Assembly: GCA_049999805.1 (NCBI GenBank)
Contig: JBNGIO010006370.1
Span: 435,212-499,211 of the forward strand
DNA: 64,000 bases
Reading direction: 5' to 3'
From: Folioceros fuciformis
Taxonomy: Eukaryota
The position numbers and the translations under genes were made by a program. The notes below the pieces were generated by a model, which had not been told where the DNA came from, made no database searches, and saw only the letters and a program-made list of their open reading frames with translations. Shown here piece after piece: positions 29,201 through 40,597 of this stretch (the first letter of the stretch is position 1; each line of letters begins with the position of its first letter).

Positions 29201-32200
29201 TGCTGGTTGTAAATTTCCTGGGAAAGGGTATTCTCATACCTGCAGTTACAGTGCCATGCCAAGAGATTAAGAGCCTCCTCACTTAAGCAAGAAGCCATTC
29301 CTCGTCATCAAATGTGAAAATCAAGATCCAGAACTATCGTGATCTATTTTCACTTGAAAGCAAAGAGGCCAACATGGAGACAAACCATGATCTGAAGTCA
29401 ATATAGTCATAAAGGTCGTAGTTCGCTGTCCCAACTGCATTGTAAGCAGCTTCTTTGTACAGGAGAGCACCAGTTATAGGAATTTCTGCACCTTGAAGTT
29501 GAAGCGGGTACCCATCACATGACTGTTTGAGCATTTCCATCACCAGGTGTGCCAGGATCTGGAAAAGCAGGCCGCACATAACCCCAAAAACTTAAGCAAA
29601 TTCAAGATACAGCTAAGCTACTACGAGCCTGGCCAGTGATCCCAGCAGAGTTAGGCGAATGGATGTCACACCTCCCGGTACTTTTCAAACAGCACAAGAT
29701 ATAAAGCCTCTGCACAGGGCCGCAGCTTCTCCTTTTCCTGTACCACACCTTGCTCATGATGGAACGCCTCTGGATCCCTAGCCCATTCCTCCAGATCATC
29801 TGATGTGAGGACAACATATCTGCGTACCACGAAGAAGGGAATGAGAAACAGGGGATCGCCATAAGGAGACATTCACGCACTATTAGGATCTCAATCAGGC
29901 ACCATTAGGGCAATAGGCATCTCACCTCTTCACCAGACCTTCACACAAAAGCAGTAGGTTCTTCTCTGGCAGAAGTGACTTAACAGTCTCTTCAGCCTGC
30001 CTTGATAGAGCAGCCTTGGCATCTTCAATAGAATTTGAGGCCCCAACAACCCGCCCATATTTTGTGGGCCTATATGCATTACATTGAACTACAGCTTTGA
30101 TGAACATCATGCACCGTATGAGAAACTGATCAAAAGAACGGGGCTCCCAGTTCACTTCTGTGACCTGTGAAAAGCAGAATTGGAAAACAGGTGGCAGCAC
30201 AATTTTGTTGCTGAAAGAATAAGGATGGTTCTCCTGCATTTCAGTTAAGATCTTCATCAGCTTCAAGCAAGCCTTCTCGATGAACTCGTAGAAGGAATTA
30301 TCCTTGGGGGCAGCAGCTCCTGACCATAACAAGACGCAGCGAAGGCAATAAGCTTTCAAAGACTCGGTTGGCAATCCCACAAGCACCCAAAGAGGTCGTT
30401 ATACATATTGGAGGTGTCACTTACTGCAGAGCAGTAATGACTGCACAGCTTGCAGAAAGCGTGGTGCAACTTCCTTAACAGCAGAAACCTCCTACACGTC
30501 CAACAACAGCAGAGTGGAGCATAAGAATGGCAGTTATTCTTAAATTCGCACATAAGACAGGCCTAGACAGTACGACATACTTGAACTGAACTTGCATCGC
30601 TTTGGAACCCAAAAAGAATCATACGCCGCAGAGTCTTCAAACAAAGCAGCCATCGCCCACAAGTAAGCAGCAAAGCCTGCCCTTGGTCAGCTGTGATATG
30701 GCCACCTGCACCGCTGTAAAGGATCACTGAGAATTGTTGTAAAATACGCTGTGTGTCGCCGCACCAATGATGCCATGTCAAGTTAAATAGCTGAGATGTT
30801 ATCTGGGACGTGCAGAGCGTATGTCATGGAGTAGCTTGAGGTTAAACCTGACACTTCAGATTTTATAATAACGACAACAGACCAGCAGCAGCAGGTAGGC
30901 TGCGCAATTGATACATGACACTCGCATCTCAATATGCAGAACTGACAAGCCAGTTGAGATACCAACCTGAGCAAAGTTTTGTTGATCAACTGCTAACCGC
31001 TTGCTGGCGAGCTCCTTCAGAATTTGATTCAAAGCCATGTACACTCTGTGTGTGATCAACAAGTCGTCTGACTGCAGCTTTTGTAGCAAGTTTGGAAAGA
31101 GAGCCGGCCTGTAGGAGCAACCACAGAAACTACTTGAGAAGACGAGAAACCAGCAAGGCAATGATGGACCATACATGACCTCCTAGCGGTATACTCGGCT
31201 TAAACCCTAAACCCCTAGGCATCAACATTGAAGGTCTAAAGCGCCCTAACTCGACTTCCATCAGCCGTCCGTTTCAGAACTCCGTACCATTCTCTTGGGT
31301 AGTCGATTCGAGCAATTTTGGCAATAAGCAGAGACAGTTGGGCGGCCACCTATTCCAAGAAACAAAAATATGGAGTGAGTGAGCCTGACGAAGGGTCGAG
31401 CACTCACAATCAACAACACAGAATGAGGGCATGGAATTTATTTGTCAAAGCACATTTGCATATAACCAAGCATTCAGTCCTAAACCCCACCTGGTTGTTC
31501 TGTTCTCTTAGAAGCTCAAGGAGATTGTTCCGGAGATGAGGCTTTTCTGCATCACTTATTCCACTGATGACCATGTGTATCTTTCAGATCATTACCTAGC
31601 GAAAAAAATGAGGAAAACAAACTTGCTTGCGTGCTACCAACCCAAAATCTGAGCAGCACTCAATCTCAAGCCACACGAGTGCGAGCTCGGCCCCTCGAGC
31701 ACACAGAAAAGGGCAGGATGCAACAGAGGGGCAGCAGGACTGGACACACAACCCAACATCACAAGCAGAGTGTAGGAATTCAGCCAGTTGAGCTTCATGG
31801 ACGCACAATCATGTTCTCATGGACGAGAATCAAGGTTTCATGGACGAAGAATCATGGTTTCATGGACGCAGAATCGTGGCTTCATGGACGTAGAATCGAG
31901 GCTTCATGCACGCAGAATCGTGGCTTCATGGAGACGGCAGCGATGCACACGCAGCAACTTGAAATCATAAAAGGGGGAGGAAAGGCAGGCACTTACGGGG
32001 TGTCTCGCTTGACCCTCCAGTAGCGGGCGATACTGTTCTTGAAGTAGACAGACGCCAACCAGCGGGCACCACTGTCCGCCTCCAAATCCCGAGAAGCTAT
32101 AATCTCCTGCACGAAATGGATGGTGAGGGGGGCAGAATTGCATGGAAAAGGGCTGCGCAGCCCATGAGAGAGGGCTCACCAGAAGGCAGGAGCAAAACCC

Positions 32201-32320
32201 GGGTCTGTTCTCGCAGGCAGCCAGAGCTGCCTCGGCCGGCTTGCGCAAGCTCTCATCCTGCTGCAACGCGTTTTGTAGCAGAGAGTAGACGTAGGAACAA
32301 TCCGCCCGTGTAAGAGCCAT
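26293..32320 (-). CDS. IPO11: Importin-11 / KA120-like karyopherin beta, multi-exon
   Basis: MALTRADCSYVYSLLQNAL..RKPAEAALAACENRPGFCSCLL, RWLASVYFKNSIARYW, IARIDYPREW, DLEEWARDPEAFHHE, RILRRRVAILLGQWV, and C-terminal CAALHGEAAFNAAM. Confidence 0.92.
31792..31931. repeat. Intronic ~22-bp minisatellite, ~6 copies
   Basis: Unit ~GCTTCATGGACGCAGAATCGTG in importin intron 2. Confidence 0.85.
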
Positions 32321-32699
32321 GGCGAGTCCCGCTGAGAGTGGAATTGCGGGTCGTCTGTCATGTACATAACATAACAAGCAAGCCCAGGTGCTAGGCGGTC
32401 GGTCAGGTCATCTGCAAGCACAACAGCCTCTTCCTTTCAACATATTTCTACACATGTAGGTACTTAGGCTATGTTACATATGCTATATGCTCCCGGCTGT
32501 ACATCCATGCCATTGCCATTTTCATTGGATGCGTATGCACATTCAGAGTGTCGTGTCCTGGACCGAACGGCGGTGCGTGAACCTTCCTTGTCTCAGGTGC
32601 GCCTTACAAATTCCGCATCGACGAGTGCTCGCTTTGCTTCAACAAGGCGCTATTTGTGTATGTGTGTTGCATCGATCATCTCCTGTCTTGTTGCAGACT

Positions 32700-33265
32700 T
32701 AGAGCGTGTCTCAAAAGATTGCGCTTCGATTCTGCTCTACCGTGCGTGACCCTGAGCGCCACCGCGACCTCTATTAGAAGCTGCAGCAGGATCCGGTGAC
32801 TAGGAACTTCGAAATGCGGCTCGAATTCTTTGCTCCGGTTTTGAATGGAAAGAATTCTTGCACACCGAGGGACGACGCTGTCGCTACGCTTACCCGCATC
32901 CGCAAGTGCTGCTACTTGAGCTAAGCTCTGTGGACGATTGGGATTCCATCGATGCCTTCTCGCTTCGCGTCAACACGGCGTATGTGCGGCCGACTCACCT
33001 CCTGCCTCGGCGAACTTAGGGCATAGCGCACAAGAACTCGCTTGTTTCCCGACTCGCTCGCCGCCGGCCTGCAGGTGCAGAGAATCGCAGGAGAAGCCGG
33101 ACATTAACCTTTGAGTATGGCTCGCACGGTCTCCTTCTCTGCCTTGTTCCCCGTTCGGAGTGAAGGGAGCTCAGCATAGTCTACCGGGGGAAGATGCTGT
33201 CTACAGACTGCCCGCTTCTGCACTACGATTGTGAAACTCCTCATTGCAAACTGCACATCATGAAT
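32700..33265 (+). pseudogene. Possible decayed ubiquitin-like-domain gene
   Basis: Fragments DAFSLRVNT, VQRIAGEAG and ELSIVYRGKMLSTDCPLLHYD..KLHIM resemble a UBL fold; interrupted by stops. Confidence 0.3.
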
Positions 33266-34407
33266 TTCTTTCGTACGTCCCGAGGCGCACGCACAAACAT
33301 CCTACATACCTAGGGAGTCCCTTGGTGTTCCCTCTCACAAAAGGGTAAACTAATCCTTCAGGTGGTTCGAGTGCACAACAATGTAAACCACGGACGTAGC
33401 AATGATCGCGGCACAACGCAAGGCAAGAGGTACAGCATGTTGCAGGAGGTGTAAAAGCATTCCCATCACGGAGATACCTGTTCAAGCACTATAGTCATGC
33501 CTGAGTCAATGTACAACTGTTATACCGTAATATACTTATCACCATACCACAGAGTACAGAACGCAGAGACTGTCTACAGGTTTCTGGAGGTCAGTCGAAG
33601 CCACGAATCTAAGTCAGGGCCTCATCGGACTCCGGCTTGGGGAGAAGCTCGGTGTTAAGGTATATGCTAGGTGAGGTTTATGGACAACTCGGCTTTGTCT
33701 GAAGAAACGATACCGACCTACAAGTAGCAGTGGAGGACCAGATGTCCACTAAACTCCACCGCCACCCATGGAACAGTGGAGGGCAAGATGCCAAGAGACC
33801 TTCTCCTCTCAACAGGAACGGCATATCTACACCCGGCTCTCAGCCACGACCTCTCCCGCACTCATCGCACCCTTCCTTTCGTTGCTCACATGGGGAGGAC
33901 GCTCTTGACATATCTTCTATAACAGTGGGCAGATCCCCCTATGACACCGACATCGTGCAGAGGTTGAGGGAACCCCGCCTAATCGGGGGAAGATGGTGGG
34001 AAGGAGGAGGCCTGATGATGACTTGTGCGATGAAGGGTGTCACTACTGCCTACACAGAGACTACGCAGTTCCTAACTTTTGAGGCCACGCTTCGCTAAGC
34101 TGGCTGGCTAAGGTGTTGATCATACAACTAAGGTCTATTGCTAGAAGGAAGGCACCGTTTTTACCAGAGCCTGCCATGCTTCATGACTACCAAAACTCAG
34201 ATGGGTGCCCTCAAAGCAAGAGTGAGCTACCCGACCTATGTTGCACTGTTGTAGGAGAGCTGGAAACCATTTGAGGTCTGGGGCATGGCTTGCCCAGTGC
34301 AAGGGTGTTCCGTCGGTCTTCTCTCGTCTTGCAAACCTAGTTCAGCAGGAACCCTAAACATCGAGATCAGACAGCTCCGAATCCGACAAGGGCACCAGGT
34401 GCGCCTA

Positions 34408-36731
34408 CTAGGAGAGATATTCCCACCCACAAGGACGCGTGTCGGAACACACCTGGTCAGCACCAGTCTCAGGTTCGAGCGATTGACGAGGCTCCTGACT
34501 TGGTTTTGTCTCCACCTGCTGAGGCGTAGAACAGGATACGGGTCCGGCCGTGGGATCATGGCTGCCACTGCTCTGCGTTTCCCTCAACACCAGTGGCAGT
34601 TCACTTGCTGGAGCTTGACCATGCCTCACAGGCTCACCTGCACTGTCCAGAAGACCCAGATACTTAGCCACCTTCGCCTTCGTCCTGAATATTTGACTCC
34701 GACCATTCACAGGAGGAGAGTGGTAGCAAATGTGCATCCTCCCGCGATCATGTTTCCTGGGTACGACCTGTGCTGTCCACCCGTCTTCTAGAACCCCACC
34801 ACATTCCGCGACGTACACCTGCAGCTCCTCCACGGCCTTGAGGACTCTACTGCTACCCGAGGAGGGATTCGGAACGGGGCTGCCCGTTACCGCTTCTCGT
34901 TCTGCTTCTGGCGCTTGTCCTCGGCTGCTTTCCTTCAAAAGCCCAAGGTAGCGAGCCACCTGCACCCTGGATTGCAGCCTGTGTCCGGACGGTGACAAAT
35001 AATAAGGCTGCAGACATTTCTGCTGCTTCACCCTCATGCACCGAGCCCTCCATCCCTTCTCGAGGACGCCACTCCGATCAGTCACATACGCCTGCAGCTT
35101 CTTCATGGCTTGTTCACACCTCCTCTCGTAATCCTCCTGCGTATACTCCACGCCATCATCAGCACATGCAGTAGCGTCAGGGTCCACCGCGCTTTGGGCA
35201 ACATTCTTGAAAGCGCTCCTCAGTTCCATTCTTGGACTCTGCTGCTGGAAGTCCGACATGTGCTCATCCCTGAGGTGTCAGACAGAAGCGTTATGGTCAG
35301 AAGCAAGTTGCAGGGCTGATGCGTCACACTTGCCACAGGAGGCTGGGAGCCACTACTTGCCTTGCCACTTTGTGAGAGTCGTTTGCAGACTCCGGGGTGT
35401 TCATGCTTCTGCTCCTCTTCTGTTGAGACCCCTCTTCCTCATCTCCTTGCTGTGGAGTAGCAAGTCCCGAACTCCAAGTGTTGCTGCCTTTCCTTTTAAC
35501 AGGATACTTCTTCCGCGGCGAGTGTCGATAGACGGACGAAGTTTGAGCCACACCGGCCTTCACCCTCCCCAGCTGCCAAGTCCAGGTGCCCCCAACATCT
35601 GCACAGGAAGGGCATAACCACTCATCCAAACGACGAATCTCAGCTCTGTCCAAGGCCACACACGCCATGTGGTAGCTGGAGTCGCACCTGTCGCACAGTG
35701 CCGAAGTATAAGCTCCTTCGGGCTTCATACAGGACTTGCACAAGACAACATCGCCTGCTTGCCCCGGAAACGGCGCAGCGCCTCCGGGGAAATGCGCGGG
35801 TGCGCCCAGCAACTGCACGGCCAGTTCCAGCGTGGACAGCTGGGAAGTGGATCCATCCCTCTGAGTCGGCCCCACATCGTCAGATGCGGCTTCATCTCCC
35901 ACAGCATCCAAAGGCTCTCGCCTCTCGCCAGTCACAGCAACAGCAGCAGCAGCAGCGAAACCCGTGTATTCCAGCCCTCGCAAGTCTGCCGAAGCGATTT
36001 CCCTTCCATGTTGTCCGAGCTCGAAGCCGTCCCCACAGGCAGCCACTTCCTGCTGCTCATACACCTCTGCAACACCAGCAGTAGCCACAGGTGGAGCTTT
36101 CCCTTTTTCTCTCTCCCCGCCCTCCTTCACCTCATGCCCTTTTCCCTGCCCCTCCTCGCCCCGTCCCCTGTCCCGCTCGAGCTCGTCTGGCTCCTCATCC
36201 CGCTCGAACTCGTACTGCTCCCTATNNNNNNNNNNNNNNNNNNNNNNNNNNNNNNNNNNNNNNNNNNNNNNNNNNNNNNNNNNNNNNNNNNNNNNNNNNN
36301 NNNNNNNNNNNNNNNNNNNNNNNNNNNNNNNNNNNNNNNNNNNNNNNNNNNNNNNNNNNNNNNNNNNNNNNNNNNNNNNNNNNNNNNNNNNNNNNNNNNN
36401 NNNNNNNNNNNNNNNNNNNNNNNNNNNNNNNNNNNNNNNNNNNNNNNNNNNNNNNNNNNNNNNNNNNNNNNNNNNNNNNNNNNNNNNNNNNNNNNNNNNN
36501 NNNNNNNNNNNNNNNNNNNNNNNNNNNNNNNNNNNNNNNNNNNNNNNNNNNNNNNNNNNNNNNNNNNNNNNNNNNNNNNNNNNNNNNNNNNNNNNNNNNN
36601 NNNNNNNNNNNNNNNNNNNNNNNNNCCTCCTCCTCCTGCTTCACTGCCATTACCACCACGCTGACCCTGGGCAATGCGTGTTCCACCTGCCCACCTGCAG
36701 CAGCTCCCGCTTCCCCCTGCCCCTCGTCCAT
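34408..36731 (-). CDS. MBD9-related protein: acidic N-terminus, PHD finger, two tandem MBD-like domains (termini uncertain; spans an N-gap)
   Basis: PHD CKSC...CDRCDSSYHMAC...WLCPSC followed by WQLGRVK. Two repeats LQ(A/V)YVxxxxGVLExGW...Y(L/H)SP..G...VA(R/K)YLGLL resemble the MBD9 MBD. GC-AG intron 35270-35360 joins the exons in frame. Confidence 0.8.
36226..36625. other. Assembly gap (Ns) inside the acidic low-complexity exon
   Basis: Run of ~400 N flanked by Glu-rich coding sequence. Confidence 0.95.
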
Positions 36732-37109
36732 CAAAGCCTGGTAAGTGAGCCCCACCATCTCCAGCAGCTGCAGCAGCAGCAGAGAGGCTAATTGGGTGAC
36801 TTCCACCTACAACGACCTCTCACGGCCATCTTCATTGCCTGAACCACAGCGCCCAAACACAAAGCACCACCAAGAGAGCATGAGACCACATCAAGAAAAG
36901 GAGTCACAGACCTACAATGCCTCACACCTCCCCACCTCCAGCAACATCCAGCTCCACAGAAATCGCCTTGCTCGATTACAACGCCTACAAATGCAGCGGC
37001 GCAGGCAGGATCTTTCCCTCTCCCTCGGAATGGGACACACACGTCCCGCCGCCGACAACCAGCCACAATCGGGACAAACAGAGGGCAAGGAAGGAACACG
37101 AAGGCAACG

Positions 37110-37175
37110 GAAGGGCAAGCAAAGCAAAGCAAATCAAAGCAAAGCAAAAGCAAAGGAAGGCAAGGCAAGGCAAGA
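37110..37175. repeat. (AAAGC/AAGGC)n pentanucleotide microsatellite
   Basis: aagcaaagcaaagcaaatcaaagcaaagcaaaagc...aaggcaaggcaaggcaa. Confidence 0.8.
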
Positions 37176-37899
37176 GAAGTGATGCGATTGCGCGCCAACA
37201 GCGTAGTGCAGTGAGTGATTTGACCATAGGCCGTGCCGCTCATCACATGGCATGCCACTAGGATGAGATGGACACCGTCCCGTACCGTTCAATGCCTCGC
37301 CGCAATTCCTTTCTCTGTCAGTCATATTTAAACATATTAAAACATTCTAGCACTGAATCAACGTGTTATATATTTTATTGAAAAAGAGATGGAGAGATCT
37401 TCTGCCCGGAGCAACAACTCCAAGAGGGCTAAAGGCCAAAAGGGAGATTCCATAGCTGCTTTATTCAAAGAAGCTTGCCTTGCTGCAGCTTTTACAACAG
37501 GCGGCTCCCTAGAGCTAGCTAGCTCGAGGAAGGCGCCTGTTGTAGAAGAAGGAGAATTATATTAGAGTGCACTAAGGAAGGATTTTCGTCGTAGTACAGT
37601 ATGTGGTACAGAAAATGAATCCGAAGTATACTTTCCTGCACACTGCCTCAAAAGGTGAAAACAGCTACACAAGCAGAGATGAATTTCAAGACAGAATGAA
37701 CCAGCATTGTTAGTGACTCGTTTCCACCAGTGCCACTTTACCATTCAAAAGGTAAAGGCTTCTATATTTTGACTCCGCACTGCGGTGCTGCTCCTGCTTG
37801 ATCATATTGAGACCAAGCAGCATAGACGGTGCGTTGTCCAACGGACTTCGAAAGACCACCATCACCTGTCGAACAAGGTGCCGAATAGGCTTTTTTCCA

Positions 37900-39100
37900 T
37901 GGTTCTTCCACCGTAGACTAAAACCTGGTTGCATCCTATCAGAGGGTCTCTTTGGCTAGATCTTGGCGACCGTGATACAGTTAGTCTTCGGAAATGTCCA
38001 CTTGTTCTCCGCTGTATCGTACACGCTGCAAATAGATTGAAGACGAGGGTACTGTAATATCAAAGGGAAAAAAGAACCCAGTATCTTCTGAGAAGAAAAC
38101 AAAAGCCACACTTAAGGACTGCTGGCTCCAGCAGATGCTCAATAGGTCCCAACAGTGAACCTCAGAATGCCAGCAGATGTATCGTCAGTTTCTCCCTCAC
38201 CCCTGAAGAGGACAAGCTTTGTGGTAAAAGCCGTGAAGGTGTGATACCCTTGCTCACCTGGACCTTTCTCTGTGGCTGTTACCTCTTCCCTCACCAGGGA
38301 ATCTGAAATCAAAGGCAACTATCGCTTCAGCTAGACTACTCTCTGAGAACCGACCTTTCCACAAAATCAATAAGGAGGCAGTGAGTACATACCGCTGTAC
38401 AGAATTGCAAGGCCCTTCAACTCGTGCGGTTGCTGTGATTTTTGCAACCTTGTCCATCAAACCCAAAGGCTGACATTTTGGCGAACATGATGGTCGACGG
38501 CTGCATGGGCTCCACGCAGCGTTCGCAGTCGAGCCTTAACATGAACGACGTCATAAGCTATTGCAGGAGGCAAGTTAAATGCCAAACAAATACTGTCTCC
38601 CAATATTCGACCCGGAGCACACAGAATGTGTAACAACACGAATATCTTCAAACTTTCTTTCTTGCGGACATGAACATCTCCACGCATATCCTTCTGACCG
38701 GTACCTCTGATCACCACAGCTCGTTCTTGGCCACCAGAGTCGCAGTATGGCAGGCCCAAGGTGCAGAAGGAGCACATTGCAGCTGCTCCCAGACTTCCAG
38801 CTCCGTTTCATTTGGACACTGACAGGTCATTCGAATACCCCCTTTCCGCTGCAGCCGCCTGCAACAAAAATTTGGTTGCCGAACAGGGTGGCCGAGTGGC
38901 CAGCCATCCTGGCATGTTCTGCAGCATTGAAAAGGTTCCATCATCATTGTTAGGGTGCCACCAGTCAGTCTCCCTTCCACAGAGAGAAGAATTGGTCACA
39001 GCAACACATGCGGTACCTAGCGGAATTTGGTGTCCCCACCATACAAAATTCACGTCGTCAAAAACTGCCAAAATCTGGACGGGCACATTTGTGTCAATCC
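37900..39100 (-). pseudogene. Kelch-repeat (beta-propeller) pseudogene
   Basis: Blades in shifting frames: MAGHSATLFGNQIFVAGG/YSNDL, WEQL..ACHTATLVAKNELW/VIRG..GDVHV, RGAHAAV, GYHTFTAFTTKLVLFRG, VYDTAENKW, SPRSS; single-base frameshifts. Confidence 0.7.
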
Positions 39101-40194
39101 CACTGCAAGCTGGAGTCACCTGGAAGCTGTCCCCATTCGAGCTGTTAAGCGCATCCTGAGACTCAGCTATTTACGTGAGCCCTGCGCCCCGCGCTCCGCT
39201 CCTCTCCTCTGCCAAGCGAATTGAATAAATTGTTGTCGCTTCTGTACCTGCCAACATAAAAACAGCAGTCTTCCATGCCCCGCAATTGTGGTAGAGGATG
39301 CAGAGCGGGGAAGCCTCCGTTCCACGGAAATCACGGGCAGCCGGGCTTTCCCCAATGCGAAGGCACGCTAGGCCCGGACTGGAGGTCATGCCGTTATTGC
39401 TGTTGAAGTCTTGAACTTGCGAATCGCGAATTACACAGTCCTTTCCTTCGTGCTTCCCTTCGCCCCGATCTGGCTCTGTACACAGGTTAATTGCTTGGCT
39501 TCTTCCCTGGTAAGCCATGAGGCCATGAACTCTATGGACAGTCATTTGAACGCCTCTTACCAAATGGTTTTGTCGGCGGCTGAGCTCCCTCTGTGAGCGC
39601 ACCATTCCAGTCTTGACAGGTGCACAACTAGATTCAACGGAACTGGGCTACGCGCTTTAAAATTGGATCAACGAAGTTGTGAGGTCCATGGCTTAGGCTC
39701 AAGAGGGAATTTGTAAGTTGGCCATCTGAGAACGAGAGTGCAAGGCCTTCGTTATTGGAGCACTTCTTCCGGGACTGAGCTTTTCATGTCTGGTATAGCA
39801 AGCAGCACAAGTGCCAATGGCAAGCCCTACCGGATCAACCTCGTCGGGTCGAGGAAGCGGAAATGCCTGTACGGCTCACTCCGCTGACATCAGTCCTCAT
39901 CGTGTTTGATGCGGTGTTACAACCGCAGAGATCATGCCAGTGGTGCCGTACATTGTATGTACTGACTGGCTCGATTTCTAGATTGCAGCAGCAGGCGCCG
40001 CGTGAGCCGAAGGAAGCGGGCCCGGCTGAGGTGGCGGGCGAGTTAGGGCAAGTTCAGGAGCAGGAACCTTTCCCATGTGGGAAGGAATTTTCAGAAGCAT
40101 CCCTCTGGTGACCAGGCTGCAGGCTACGTGCGCTGTTGGGGAGACAAATCCTGGACAAGAGGATGGCTTATAGGGACGAGCCACAGCAAGTGGA

Positions 40195-40597
40195 CCTGCC
40201 GGACCCGACTGCGGCAATGGTGAAGGCCCAGGCAGACATGCCGGGCCCGACTGCGGCAATGGTGAAGGCCCAGGCAGACATGCCGGGCCCGACTGCGGCA
40301 ATGGTGAAGGCCCAGGCAGACATGCCGGGCTCGACTGCGGCAATGGTGAAGGCCCAGGCAGACATGCCGGGCCCGACTGCGGCAATGGTGAAGGCCTAGG
40401 CAGACATGTTGGACCAAGGTCCAGGCAGACATGTTGCACCAAGGCCCAGGCAGACATGTTGGACCAANNNNNNNNNNCCAGGCAGACATGTTGCACCAAG
40501 GCCCAGGCAGACATGTTGGACCAAGGCCCAGGCAGACATGTTGGACCAAGGCCCAGGCAGACATGTTGGACCAAGGCCTAGGCAGACATGTTGGACC
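40195..40597. repeat. Composite minisatellite: ~5 x 42 bp followed by at least 7 x 25 bp, with a small N-gap
   Basis: 42-mer GGCCCAGGCAGACATGCCGGGCCCGACTGCGGCAATGGTGAA; 25-mer GGCCCAGGCAGACATGTTGGACCAA. Confidence 0.92.

Noticed and set aside
32950-33174. A MIR319/159 precursor gene
   Set aside because: No complementary star arm found at the expected distance; kept only as a possible target site.
35669-36806. Long ORFs containing X runs
   Set aside because: Inflated by the N-gap; only the minus-strand acidic frame is supported.
39025-39045. WWGHQIP resembling the valyl-tRNA synthetase motif
   Set aside because: No flanking ValRS sequence; the surrounding region reads as Kelch blades.
40195-40597. 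CRISPR-like array (constant core plus intervening sequence)
   Set aside because: The intervening parts are identical rather than unique spacers, there are no cas genes, and the context is eukaryotic.
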